Below are positions 54,834 through 64,000 of a stretch of 64,000 bases of DNA, piece by piece. The position numbers and the translations under genes are program-made. The notes beneath the pieces were generated by a model that was given only the letters and a program-made list of their open reading frames with translations, had not been told where the DNA came from and made no database searches. Position 1 is the first letter of the stretch. Each line of letters begins with the position of its first letter. The stretch comes from Candidatus Latescibacterota bacterium (GTDB lineage Bacteria; Latescibacterota; UBA2968; GCA-2709665): contig OZ242180.1 in NCBI GenBank assembly GCA_965205485.1, positions 4,000,001-4,064,000 on the forward strand. Direction: 5' to 3'.

Positions 54834-55196
54834 ATGGGTAATCCCGCGATTACCGCTTATCTCAAGCCCCAATGCGGATGGAGCCGGGGCATTCGGGCGG
54901 TGCTGGCCAAGTACGGGCTCGAATACGTAGACAAGGACATTATCAACGTTCCTGAAAACTACGAAGAAATGGTTCGCAAGAGCGGCCAGCCTCTACAGCC
55001 CACGCTGGACTTCGACGGGCAGATCCTTGCCGATATCAGCGGGGAGGAACTGGAAGCCTATCTGGTCAATAGCGGATATCGGCCTGCCGGTCCCGAGCCC
55101 GGCGTTCCCACCGACAGTGCCTGTACGGACGAGGAACACGAGGCCATGGCGAGGCCTCAGCAGGTGGTTTTCTTCAATAACAGGACAGGAAATTGA
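54834..55196 (+). CDS. Monothiol-like glutaredoxin family protein
   Basis: KPQCGWS, KSGQPLQP...DG..LADISG. AAGGAG SD. Confidence 0.78.
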   Translation: MGNPAITAYLKPQCGWSRGIRAVLAKYGLEYVDKDIINVPENYEEMVRKSGQPLQPTLDFDGQILADISGEELEAYLVNSGYRPAGPEPGVPTDSACTDEEHEAMARPQQVVFFNNRTGN

Positions 55197-55220
55197 CGTA
55201 CAGGGTCCAGATTGATCCAT

Positions 55221-55253
55221 AAAAGAGGCGGCCCCATCGGGACCGCCTCTTTT
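55221..55253. terminator. Bidirectional intrinsic terminator
   Basis: AAAAGAGGCGG...CCGCCTCTTTT. Confidence 0.75.
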
Positions 55254-55278
55254 GCATGGGTGCGCCGAAGGCGAAACA

Positions 55279-56040
55279 ATGGGATTCAAATCGGGTCTCG
55301 CAGCTTGTAATCAGGCGGGCGCGGAACGGCTGCTCTTCGAAGAAATCGCAGCGTGCGACAGCTGCGAACGGTTGGTCGACTTCAGGGCGACGTTCAAATC
55401 CCCGGAAAATCGGCGGGCGGACGTCGGCGGCTACTGGGCAAAACCGGTGCCGGGATTCGGCGATGCGTCGGGCCGGCTGCTCGTTATCGGTCTTGCACCG
55501 GGTGCCCATGGGGCGAACCGCACCGGCAGACCGTTTACAGGCGACTCCGCCGGTAATGTGCTCTACGGCGCGCTATACCGGCACGGATTCAGCAATCGAC
55601 CGGAATCCACCCATCCGGACGACGGTCTTGAACTCAAAGGCGTCTACATAACAAACGCCGTAAAGTGCGTCCCCCCCGCGAACAGGCCGAACGGCGGCGA
55701 GAAACGCGCCTGCCTTGACTGGCTGCGAATGGAGGCGGAACGGTTGCGGGGTACCCGCGTTGTGCTTGCGATGGGGAGAGACGCGTTCGAGGCCTACCTG
55801 CGACTCCTGAAGGCGGAAGGTATCATCGAGAGGTTGGGGCCGTACCCGTTCACGCACGGCGGAACGTATCGGTTCGACCGCGATTCCAGGATTCTGGTTG
55901 CCAGTTACCACTTCAGCCGTTACAATATGAACACGGGAACGCTCACGGAGCAGATGGTTGAGGAATTGTTCCTGGCGGTGAATCGCCTGCTGGCGGATCC
56001 AGACCGGAATCGCGGGATCAGTGTTTTGTCCCGGACGTAG
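55279..56040 (+). CDS. Uracil-DNA glycosylase, family 5 (UdgB-like)
   Basis: C..C.RL, PVPGFGD, GLAPGAHGANRTGRPFTGD, NAVKCVPP.N.P, SYHFS. Confidence 0.9.
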   Translation: MGFKSGLAACNQAGAERLLFEEIAACDSCERLVDFRATFKSPENRRADVGGYWAKPVPGFGDASGRLLVIGLAPGAHGANRTGRPFTGDSAGNVLYGALYRHGFSNRPESTHPDDGLELKGVYITNAVKCVPPANRPNGGEKRACLDWLRMEAERLRGTRVVLAMGRDAFEAYLRLLKAEGIIERLGPYPFTHGGTYRFDRDSRILVASYHFSRYNMNTGTLTEQMVEELFLAVNRLLADPDRNRGISVLSRT

Positions 56041-56122
56041 ATAGCCTGATTCCAGCCGACGAGTCGCTTGTCCGGCAACCCTTCCACGGGCTGAGGAACC
56101 AGGGTGTAATCCCTAAGCCGCT

Positions 56123-56204
56123 CCCTGAGCTTGTCGAAGGGTCGGCGAAGGGATGTAGATTGGCCCCTTGCGGATCGTGAAACGCGGGCATTTCGACAAG
56201 CTCA
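56123..56204. repeat. REP-like inverted repeat pair
   Basis: TGAGCTTGTCGAA (56126-38) and its exact reverse complement TTCGACAAGCTCA (56192-204), between convergent udg and hpt. Confidence 0.65.
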
Positions 56205-56244
56205 ATGACCGCGTTTCAGCGAGAGAGGCTACTCCGAGAGCTTC

Positions 56245-56886
56245 CTAAGGTCCGGTTCTTTTCGGCGGTGTCGTGCGATCTTGTTGTCCCGACGTCTCAA
56301 GATTCCTCAATGCCGCGATGTACGGGAGATTCCGGTACCGCTGGTCGTAGTCCAGGCCGTATCCGACGACGAATTCGTCGGGGACCGTGAAGCCGACGTA
56401 GTCGAGCGATACGTCAACGACCCGACGGGCGGGCTTGTCGAGGAGGCTGCACACCTTCAGGTTTCGAGGGCGCCTTGTCGCCAGTATGCGCAAGAGGTAC
56501 TCCAGCGTGAGACCCGTATCGACGATGTCCTCCACTAGGAGCACGTCGGCGCCTGCGATATCCCGATCCAGATCCTTCAGGATTCTTACGACGCCTGAAC
56601 TCTGTGTCGACTTGCCGTAACTGGCGACCGATATATATTCGATCTCGGCAGCGATGGAGATCTCACGGGACAGGTCCGCCAGAAAGTAGAGGGCGCCCTT
56701 CAGGACCCCCAAAAGGATGACCGGACGTTCTGTATCGTCCGCCGGTTGCCATTCGCGGGCAAGCGGGCGGTCAGCGGAGGCGGCGCGGGCGGAGCGGAAG
56801 TCCGACGTGATCCTGGCGCCCAGTTGGCGGACCCTTTCCCTGATTCGAACGGCGGGGATCAGGACCTTCGGGTTGGTGACGGACAT
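56245..56886 (-). CDS. hpt: Hypoxanthine phosphoribosyltransferase
   Basis: GVLKGA..FLADL, SYG.STQSSG, VLLVEDIVDTGLTL, LLDKP.RR, FVVGYGLDY.QRYRNLP. Confidence 0.95.
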   Translation of the reverse strand: MSVTNPKVLIPAVRIRERVRQLGARITSDFRSARAASADRPLAREWQPADDTERPVILLGVLKGALYFLADLSREISIAAEIEYISVASYGKSTQSSGVVRILKDLDRDIAGADVLLVEDIVDTGLTLEYLLRILATRRPRNLKVCSLLDKPARRVVDVSLDYVGFTVPDEFVVGYGLDYDQRYRNLPYIAALRNLETSGQQDRTTPPKRTGP

Positions 56887-57039
56887 GGAGAGACCGGGTA
56901 GACGCGGCATTTCAATCGTGTGGAATTCGCATTCGAATCCGTGAACCGCCCCAATGCGGTGCAGACGATTTAGTCCTTCACAATATAGGGGCCGGCAAAT
57001 GGTGTGGCAAACGGCCTTTGTAAACCGGTTGAGCGTGCG

Positions 57040-59097
57040 ATGAAACTGATACCAGGCTGGCGACTGGAACGGGCGAGGATACGCAAGTCAAGTCCGGCAT
57101 TCAGCAATGCGTACCGTCAACTGGAATCCGAAGCCAGGGCCTTCCTCGACGAAGGAATGCGCCCGCAGGATCACCCGGCGGGATACTACCACGACTATTT
57201 CTGCCCGGACCACGCCGTCGAACTCGAGTTTGACGCCGATTCGCCGAATGCGCATCGATGTCCCAAAGACGGTCGGGTATTCTCCGGCGAACCGTACGAT
57301 TCCGCCTGGCGCTGGTTTGTCAACAACAGACTGTCCGGCATGGCATACCGTCTCGCGCTGATGTGGCAGCTGGACGCTGACGCCGTATATCTGGCCAGAT
57401 GCAGAGAGATTCTGCTGGCTTACGCGGAGCGTTATCCGGGCTATCCGATTGAGCGTGAACTGCCGTATGGCTGGGGCAAGGTGGCGAACCATTCACTTGA
57501 CGAGGCGGTGTGGCTGATTCCCATCGCGAGGGCGTACGATCTGGTTCGGGAATTCTTGAATGCCCGGGAGCGGACGCTGATCGAAACCGACCTGCTCGCG
57601 CTTGCAGCGGAGCATATTCAGGGCCAGAAATTCCACCGCATTCACAACATCGAATGCTGGCACAATGCCGCAATGGCGGCGGTGGGGATCTGCCTGGACG
57701 ACGCGGGGTTTCAGAAGATGGCCCTGGAGGACAGGTTCGGATTCCGCCACCAGTTGCAGGAGGGTGTTCTTGACGACGGGATGTGGTGGGAGGGGTCTTC
57801 CAGCTATCACTTCTATACCCTCGCCGCCCTGATTGCCCACGTCCAGGTATCGGAAACCACCGGTGCGCGCCTGCACGACGACGACCGGCTCACGGCGATG
57901 TTCCGCGCGCCTGTCTCGCTGGCATATCCCGATTTCAGGCTCCCCGCCACCAACGATTGCTGGTATTTCTCCTCCCTGTTGGCGGACGTCTGTCACGGCG
58001 TGCCGCCAGCGGCGTCTTTCTATGAGGTGGCATACGGGTGGTACGACGAGCCGGTCTACGCCGGGATACTCGAACGCAACTATGCCGAAAAGCCTCGAAC
58101 GGCCGTGGAGTCGCTTCTATACGGCGAAGCGTTGCCCGACTCGGGCGGCGAATTCGATACGGGAAGCGCCGTACTGAAGCCGTCGGGTGTCGCCATCTTG
58201 AGATCCAGGGATGCGATCGAAGCACAAAGCTGCGTGCTTTTGAAATACGGCCCGCACGGCGGCGGGCACGGGCACCCCGACAAACTTTCGATTTCTTACT
58301 ACGCGCACGGCTTTCCGGTGGCCACGGACCTGGGCACGCCCGGTTACGGCGTCGACCTGAACGAGACCTGGTATCGGCAGACGCTAAGCCATAACACCGT
58401 GACGGTAAACGGTCGCTCCCAGCCTCCGGCGGAAGGGCGCCTGGTGAATCTCGACCTACATCGCGCCGACGGTTTCGAAGTGGTCGATGCCATGGTCGCA
58501 TGGGAGCGTGACCCGTATGCGGGGGTTGGCATGCGCCGTGTGATTCTCTGGACGGATGCCTACTTCTGGGATCTGTTCCACGTGGTGGCGCCGCAGGAAT
58601 GCCGGCTGGATTGGATCTGCAGGTACCAGGCCGACCGTCAAGGGCACAGGGGTCTCTCGCGTCTCGGGACGGTTGCACTTTCCGGGGACGGATATGGCCA
58701 CGTCCGGCAGCCGGTTGAATACATACCCGAGGAAACGGTTTCATTGCAATGGGGCCTGGCGAAGGGTGGGGCAGGGGTATTCCTCCCGGAAGAAACAGGC
58801 ACACGTGTCATCCTGGCAAAAGCGCCGCTCCAGCACGCGTCCGAAACCGGCGATCTGCTCATCCGCAGTCGAACCGCCCGTGAGACAACCTTTGTTGCGC
58901 TTGTGCATCACTGGGACACGGAGCCCGCCGTCAGCCGCGTCACGGCCGTTGGACCGGATGGAGCGGGCGGGGCTCGCGGATTCCTGGTGCGGGCAGGGAC
59001 GGAGACGCATCTCTGGGCCGTTTCGGAAGATGTCCCGGATCTCTCCGGCATCGCGGTCGACCGGACGTTTTCTTACCCGCTGCAGTCGCCGGCCTGA
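57040..59097 (+). CDS. Heparinase II/III family (oligoalginate-lyase-like) polysaccharide lyase
   Basis: GYYHDYFCP, SLDEAVW, IHNIECWHN, DGMWWEGS.SYHFY, YGPHGGGHGHPDKL, SHNTV. Confidence 0.82.
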   Translation: MKLIPGWRLERARIRKSSPAFSNAYRQLESEARAFLDEGMRPQDHPAGYYHDYFCPDHAVELEFDADSPNAHRCPKDGRVFSGEPYDSAWRWFVNNRLSGMAYRLALMWQLDADAVYLARCREILLAYAERYPGYPIERELPYGWGKVANHSLDEAVWLIPIARAYDLVREFLNARERTLIETDLLALAAEHIQGQKFHRIHNIECWHNAAMAAVGICLDDAGFQKMALEDRFGFRHQLQEGVLDDGMWWEGSSSYHFYTLAALIAHVQVSETTGARLHDDDRLTAMFRAPVSLAYPDFRLPATNDCWYFSSLLADVCHGVPPAASFYEVAYGWYDEPVYAGILERNYAEKPRTAVESLLYGEALPDSGGEFDTGSAVLKPSGVAILRSRDAIEAQSCVLLKYGPHGGGHGHPDKLSISYYAHGFPVATDLGTPGYGVDLNETWYRQTLSHNTVTVNGRSQPPAEGRLVNLDLHRADGFEVVDAMVAWERDPYAGVGMRRVILWTDAYFWDLFHVVAPQECRLDWICRYQADRQGHRGLSRLGTVALSGDGYGHVRQPVEYIPEETVSLQWGLAKGGAGVFLPEETGTRVILAKAPLQHASETGDLLIRSRTARETTFVALVHHWDTEPAVSRVTAVGPDGAGGARGFLVRAGTETHLWAVSEDVPDLSGIAVDRTFSYPLQSPA

Positions 59098-59223
59098 CAG
59101 GGGTTATTGCCGTTTGCATTTTTCCATGTGTTCGTTATTTTTTCCTGTCTCCAGCATCCGGTGGGCGGGAATCGCCGGCGGACGTTCGTGATAAATCACA
59201 TTAAACCAGAGAGATAACCTGCT

Positions 59224-60624
59224 GTGGAAGAATTTGTTAAAGGTATAAGCGAAGAGTTCGGAGATGCGCTGAACCGTTCCCGGGCGCTTTACGAAAAGGC
59301 CTCGAAGATCTTTCCTGGCGGCGTCACCCACGACTTGAGATACTATGCGCCGTTTCCCATCTACGCAAGTCGTGCCGACGCCGGCCGCAAGTGGGATGTG
59401 GACGGCCGGGAATACGTGGACCTCTGGATGGGGCACGGGGCGCTGATGCTTGGTCATTGTTTCCCGGATATGGTAGCCGCCGTATCGGAACAGGTGGCGC
59501 GTGGTACTCACTACGGCGCGTGTCACGAGTTGGAAGTGGAATGGGGTGAGTGGGTCGCGAAACTGATCCCCACAGCCGAACGCGTGCGATTTACAAGTTC
59601 CGGCACGGAGGCCACGCTGATGGCGCTGCGTTTGGCGCGGACGTTTAGCGGAAAGCGAAAGGTGCTGAAGTTCCTCGGCCACTTCCATGGGTGGCACGAC
59701 AACCTCATCGTGGGCGTGCTGCCACCCTTCGACGAACCCGTACCCGCCGGCATTCTTCGCGAGGTGGCGGAAACCGTTTGCCTGTGTGCGCCGAACCGGA
59801 TCGATCAGGTTGAAGATGTCTTGAACCGGGACGACGACATTGCCTGCGTAATTGTTGAACCTACGGGCGCCTCTTTCGGAGTTGTACCCCTCCGGCCGGG
59901 TTTTCTCGAAGAGCTGCGTCGAGTCACGTTACGGCATGACGTGCTTCTGATCTTTGACGAAGTCATCACCGGCTTTCGATGCTCGCCGGGGGGCGCTCAG
60001 GCCCACTACAACGTCAGGCCCGACCTCACGTCGCTGGCGAAGATTCTCGCGGGGGGACTCCCCGGAGGCTGCCTGACGGGTCGGCAGGATATCATGGATC
60101 TGCTGGAATTCCGGGGAGAACGGGAGTGGGATACCTGCCGGAAAATGCCCCACCAGGGTACCTTTAACGCGAATCCGATTTCCGCGGCCGCCGGGATTGC
60201 CACGCTCAGGGCGATCGAAGACGGAACACATATCGCGGCCGCAAACCGGAACGCCGACGTCCTCCGCGACCGCCTCAACGCTGTCATTTCAGACCACGGT
60301 GTGGAATGGGTCGTCTATGGAGACTTTTCGGGCGTCAAATTCCTTCCCGAGAGTGGACCCATGACAAAGAGCCTGCAGGAGATAGCAGGGGGATCGTATG
60401 ACTACCGCAGGCTGAAGACGCCGGACCCGGTGATTAGAGATGCATTCCGAGCCAGCATGCAGCTGGAGGGTGTCGATCTCAATGGACTGGTTGGCATGAC
60501 GGCATCCGTGCACACCGAAGACGATCTGGACCACGTTGTACAAGCATTCGACCGCACGCTGCACAGATTGATACGCCAGGGCCTGATTGGGCGCAACGGC
60601 CCGGATTCGAATGCGCGTACCTGA
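59224..60624 (+). CDS. Class III aminotransferase (glutamate-1-semialdehyde aminomutase-like)
   Basis: FPGGVTH, WDVDGREYVD, RFTSSGTEAT, LIFDEVITGFR, LAKILAGGLP, GTFNANP. Confidence 0.88.
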   Translation: MEEFVKGISEEFGDALNRSRALYEKASKIFPGGVTHDLRYYAPFPIYASRADAGRKWDVDGREYVDLWMGHGALMLGHCFPDMVAAVSEQVARGTHYGACHELEVEWGEWVAKLIPTAERVRFTSSGTEATLMALRLARTFSGKRKVLKFLGHFHGWHDNLIVGVLPPFDEPVPAGILREVAETVCLCAPNRIDQVEDVLNRDDDIACVIVEPTGASFGVVPLRPGFLEELRRVTLRHDVLLIFDEVITGFRCSPGGAQAHYNVRPDLTSLAKILAGGLPGGCLTGRQDIMDLLEFRGEREWDTCRKMPHQGTFNANPISAAAGIATLRAIEDGTHIAAANRNADVLRDRLNAVISDHGVEWVVYGDFSGVKFLPESGPMTKSLQEIAGGSYDYRRLKTPDPVIRDAFRASMQLEGVDLNGLVGMTASVHTEDDLDHVVQAFDRTLHRLIRQGLIGRNGPDSNART

Positions 60625-60743
60625 GGCGGCCAGTCGCATTCGGGAACAGTTCTCCGAGGATTCCGAGGGATGCGGCGAAGCCAATTCTGAACCGCGCTTA
60701 CCCGCGTTCTTTCCGTACCTGCAGAAATGGCGAGCGTTTCTTC

Positions 60744-62576
60744 ATGCCAGACCGGATCCGGATTCTATCCGACGAAATAGCCAATCGTATCGCCGCGGGT
60801 GAAGCCGTCGAGCGCCCGGGCTCCGTGGTCAAGGAACTGGTAGAAAACGCCATCGATGCAGGTGCGGACCGAATCATTGCTGAGGTGACCGGCGGCGGCA
60901 AAGAGACCATACGGGTCAGCGACAATGGCTGCGGAATGTCGGGTGACGACGCGTTGCTGGCCCTGGAACGGCACGCGACGAGCAAGATCGTCGATCTTGC
61001 CGACCTTGGCACGCTGAGTACGCTCGGGTTTCGCGGGGAGGCGCTGCCGAGTATTGCGGCCGTGTCGCGGATGGTCATCGAAACCCGCGATTCGGAGGCG
61101 CTGCAGGGCACCCGCGTTCGCGTCGAAAGCGGCCGGGTGCGCGATGTTTCGTCAACAGGCCGGGACCGGGGAACAACCGTCGCCGTTCATGGCCTGTTTT
61201 TCAACGTGCCCGCAAGGCGGAAATTTCTGAAGGTTGTCGAGACCGAATTCAAACACGTGTCGGATGCGCTGACGGGCCTGGCATTGGCCTATCCGTCCAT
61301 CGCGTTTGTACTTACTCACAACGGGCGTGAAATCCTGAACTTTGGCCGGACCGAGCGCCAACACCGCCTGCAGGAGATATTCGGCGTCCGGTTCGGCAGC
61401 GACGCCGTTTTTCTGGACGGTGAACGGCACGGCGTTCGCGTTTGGGGGTTTGCCGGCAGGCCGGAACGGGCGCGAAAGTCGGGCGCGCAGCAGGCTACGG
61501 TCGTCAACGGCCGCTGGGTACGCGACAGGGGGGTGACGTACGCCGTACACGACGGCTTTGGCGGACTGCTCGTGAAGGGATTCCATCCTGCGTTTGCGCT
61601 GCTGCTGGAACTGGATCCCTCCCGCCTCGACGTCAACGTGCATCCCGCCAAACGCGAGGTGCGTTTTTCGGATGAAGCAGCCGTTTACAACGCGGTTGCT
61701 GAAGTCGTGCGCGCGGGGTTGAGGGCGGAGGACCTGGTACCCGAGGTGGACAGCGGAATTGTCTCACCCGCGATTCCGGCGGGAGATCATGCGCAGGAAA
61801 CGCCGGACCCGTCCGATGGCGTCGCGGACGCGCCCGCGGAGAAAAAGGCCTATCTTGCCGATCCCCTTGGCCTGGAAGACGTGCAGATGGCGCTTTCCCT
61901 GACCGTCAGGAAGACGGCCGGAGAGCATGAGGCGCGGGCTGACGGCGCGGTCGATCCGGACCTTTCCGACGAGGAAACGGTCGAACAGGTCCCCGTCTGG
62001 CAGGTACACGAAAAATATGTCCTTGCTCACATCAAGAACGGCCTGATTTTTGTCGACCAGCACCTGGCCCACCAGCGGATGATCTACGAACAGACGCTGG
62101 ATTGTTTTGAAGCCAACGCCGGACTTGGCCAGCGACTCCTGTTTCCGGTCACGCTCGATTTCGGCCTGCGCCAGATCCACAGGGTCAGAGAGGCGATACC
62201 GCTACTGGAAGCCATGGGCTTCGGCATACGGGAATTTGGCGGCAACACAGTGGTTGTGGATGCCATTCCCGCGGAACTGAAAGTATGGGAAGACGGCCGG
62301 CTCCTGCAGGAAGTCGTAGACGAGCTTGGCGAAAGGGAGCGTCAGACATCCGTACCGGTCGGCGGGCAAAAAGCGGTTTCTCCACTCGAGCACCGGTTGG
62401 CCGCCGCCTATGCCCGGCACACGGCCATCCGGACGGGAGAGCGGCTCTCCGCAAGGGAGATGCGGGCGTTGATCGATCGGCTGTTCGCTACGCGCGAGCC
62501 GTTTGTTTGCCCGCAGGGCAGACCGGTTGTGGTAAAGATGTCTCTGGATGAACTCGATCGACAATTCAACCGATAG
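60744..62576 (+). CDS. mutL: DNA mismatch repair protein MutL
   Basis: IAAGEAVERP.SVVKELVENAIDA, HATSKI, GFRGEALPSI, DVNVHPAKREV. C-terminal metal motifs are variant. Confidence 0.95.
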   Translation: MPDRIRILSDEIANRIAAGEAVERPGSVVKELVENAIDAGADRIIAEVTGGGKETIRVSDNGCGMSGDDALLALERHATSKIVDLADLGTLSTLGFRGEALPSIAAVSRMVIETRDSEALQGTRVRVESGRVRDVSSTGRDRGTTVAVHGLFFNVPARRKFLKVVETEFKHVSDALTGLALAYPSIAFVLTHNGREILNFGRTERQHRLQEIFGVRFGSDAVFLDGERHGVRVWGFAGRPERARKSGAQQATVVNGRWVRDRGVTYAVHDGFGGLLVKGFHPAFALLLELDPSRLDVNVHPAKREVRFSDEAAVYNAVAEVVRAGLRAEDLVPEVDSGIVSPAIPAGDHAQETPDPSDGVADAPAEKKAYLADPLGLEDVQMALSLTVRKTAGEHEARADGAVDPDLSDEETVEQVPVWQVHEKYVLAHIKNGLIFVDQHLAHQRMIYEQTLDCFEANAGLGQRLLFPVTLDFGLRQIHRVREAIPLLEAMGFGIREFGGNTVVVDAIPAELKVWEDGRLLQEVVDELGERERQTSVPVGGQKAVSPLEHRLAAAYARHTAIRTGERLSAREMRALIDRLFATREPFVCPQGRPVVVKMSLDELDRQFNR

Positions 62577-63492
62577 ACGGCGGCGTGTGTTGGCGCTGGT
62601 GGGCCCGACCGCTTCCGGCAAGACGCGGGTTGGCGTCGCCCTGGCGAGGGCGCTTGGCGGTGAAGTGGTTTCCGCCGACGCGCGGCAGGTCTACCGGTAT
62701 ATGGACATTGGAACGGCCAAACCAACCCCGGAAGAGCGCGCGCGTGCGAAACACCATATGCTCGACGTCGTGGACCCCGATGAGAACTACAGCGCAGGGC
62801 ACTACGCGGGCGATGCATCCACGGCGATCGAGTCGATTCTGGAGAGGAATTGCGTCCCGATCCTGGTGGGGGGGTCGGGTCTGTATCTGAAGGCGGCGCT
62901 CGACGGATTCTCTCCGCTCCCGCGCACGCCGCGGGCGGTCCGGGAACGTCTACTTGATGAAGCCAGAGAAGATCCGGCGGGAGTCTATCACAGGTTGCGC
63001 GAAGTCGACCCTGTGACGGCCGGCCGTCTGCACGCCAACGATACCAAACGTATCGTGCGCGCGCTGGAGGTCTTCAAACTGACCGGGACGCCGCTGTCGG
63101 TGCTTCACGAGTTGCCTGCTAACGAGACTCGGGACTGGCGAGTCGAATGGTTCGGCATGAGAATGGACCGCGCGTTGCTCTACCGGAGGATCGAAGAACG
63201 GGTGGACCGCATGATCACGGCCGGTCTCGTGGACGAAGTCCGGGAACTCGAACGTCGTGGTTATGCCCGTGAGCTCAACGCGCTGAATACCTTCGGATAC
63301 CGGGAGGTTTTCGATCATCTGGACGGCGAATTGGATCTGGCTGAAACCGCGGCGCAGATCAAGATGGGCACCCGGCGTTACGCCAAGCGGCAACTTACCT
63401 GGTTCCGCAAGGACAGGCGGGTGACGTGGATCGATGCCGGCGAGAATGATGCGCCGGCCGTCATCCTCAAACTCCTTGACACACATCAGTAG
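62548..63492 (+). CDS. miaA: tRNA dimethylallyltransferase
   Basis: GPTASGKT, SADARQVY..MDIGTAKP, GGSGLY, TRRYAKRQLTWFR. Start uncertain. Confidence 0.95.
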   Translation: MNSIDNSTDRRRRVLALVGPTASGKTRVGVALARALGGEVVSADARQVYRYMDIGTAKPTPEERARAKHHMLDVVDPDENYSAGHYAGDASTAIESILERNCVPILVGGSGLYLKAALDGFSPLPRTPRAVRERLLDEAREDPAGVYHRLREVDPVTAGRLHANDTKRIVRALEVFKLTGTPLSVLHELPANETRDWRVEWFGMRMDRALLYRRIEERVDRMITAGLVDEVRELERRGYARELNALNTFGYREVFDHLDGELDLAETAAQIKMGTRRYAKRQLTWFRKDRRVTWIDAGENDAPAVILKLLDTHQ

Positions 63493-63519
63493 AGATGGTA
63501 GTTTTCGACAGGTACCGGA

Positions 63520-63595
63520 GCGGGAATAGCTCAGCTGGTAGAGCGCAAGCTTCCCAAGCTTGATGTCGCGGGTTCGAGTCCCGTTTCCCGCTCCA
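63520..63595 (+). tRNA. tRNA-Gly (anticodon CCC)
   Basis: Acceptor GCGGGAA/TTCCCGC, arm CAAGC-TT-CCC-AA-GCTTG, TTCGAGT, CCA end. Confidence 0.96.
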
Positions 63596-63671
63596 AAAAA
63601 ACCTTATCGCGCAATCAATGGCCATTTAACCTTCGTGTCTGAATGGCCGTTTTTGTTGGTGGGACGTTTTC

Positions 63672-63941
63672 GTGAGTTCCAAACAGCGTGGCATCGGCAC
63701 TTCGGGAGTTGAGGTCACCGGGATCTCCGCACACGGCGTCTGGCTGCTGTCCGGACAGGAGCAGATTTTCCTGTCGTACGAGGATTTTCCGTGGTTCAAA
63801 GATGCTTCCGTTGGAAAAATCCTCAATGTAGAGGAGCCGACCCCTGGGCACTTCTATTGGCCGGATCTCGATATCGATCTCGGATTGGAATCCATCCTCC
63901 ATCCTGAGCGATTCCCGCTCCGAGCAAGGCGTGATCCATAA
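63672..63941 (+). CDS. DUF2442 domain protein
   Basis: EVTGISAHGVWLL....FLSYEDFPWF.DA, YWPDLDIDL..ESI..PERFPL. Confidence 0.85.
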   Translation: MSSKQRGIGTSGVEVTGISAHGVWLLSGQEQIFLSYEDFPWFKDASVGKILNVEEPTPGHFYWPDLDIDLGLESILHPERFPLRARRDP

Positions 63942-64000
63942 TCGTCCGCGATGTTCTCTGGCAATATCGCGGTGTGTCCAGTTGAAATCTCAGTTTCCTT

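Noticed and set aside
59224..60624. Assignment as hemL
   Set aside because: PGGVTH replaces the HemL PGGVNSPVR signature and no tetrapyrrole genes are adjacent, so it is left as a class III aminotransferase.

Overview
A gene-dense, high-GC chromosomal window from a diderm bacterium. A region-1.1-less RpoD-type sigma factor, a bS22/AURKAIP1-type microprotein and degenerate MutL metal motifs suggest an FCB-associated lineage such as Latescibacterota or Gemmatimonadota; this is inference, not a database result. Most genes are on the + strand. They include a sulfatase/sugar-modification cluster, a heterodimeric ABC exporter, hup-bS22-tRNA-Arg, an MlaEFD (MCE) operon, a Ser/Thr kinase-PP2C pair, lexA, a vapBC module and a xanthine-dehydrogenase-family operon with two large subunits. 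Further genes are ychF, folE, fba, PBP1A, an rtcB-CobW-archease-mobA operon, udg, hpt, mutL and miaA, plus four tRNAs. I saw no CRISPR array, rRNA, transposase, integrase or reverse transcriptase. The strongest novelty candidates are: (1) an MCE operon continuing into two paralogous secreted FG-GAP-repeat proteins, one carrying a four-CxxCH cytochrome domain; (2) a ~187-bp MITE in two copies with TNA target duplications, whose central core appears inverted between copies; (3) an RNA-repair operon with a COG0523 metallochaperone between rtcB and archease; (4) a MutL that has lost several endonuclease Zn ligands; and (5) a candidate LexA operator. All family calls come from motif recognition by eye; no searches were run.
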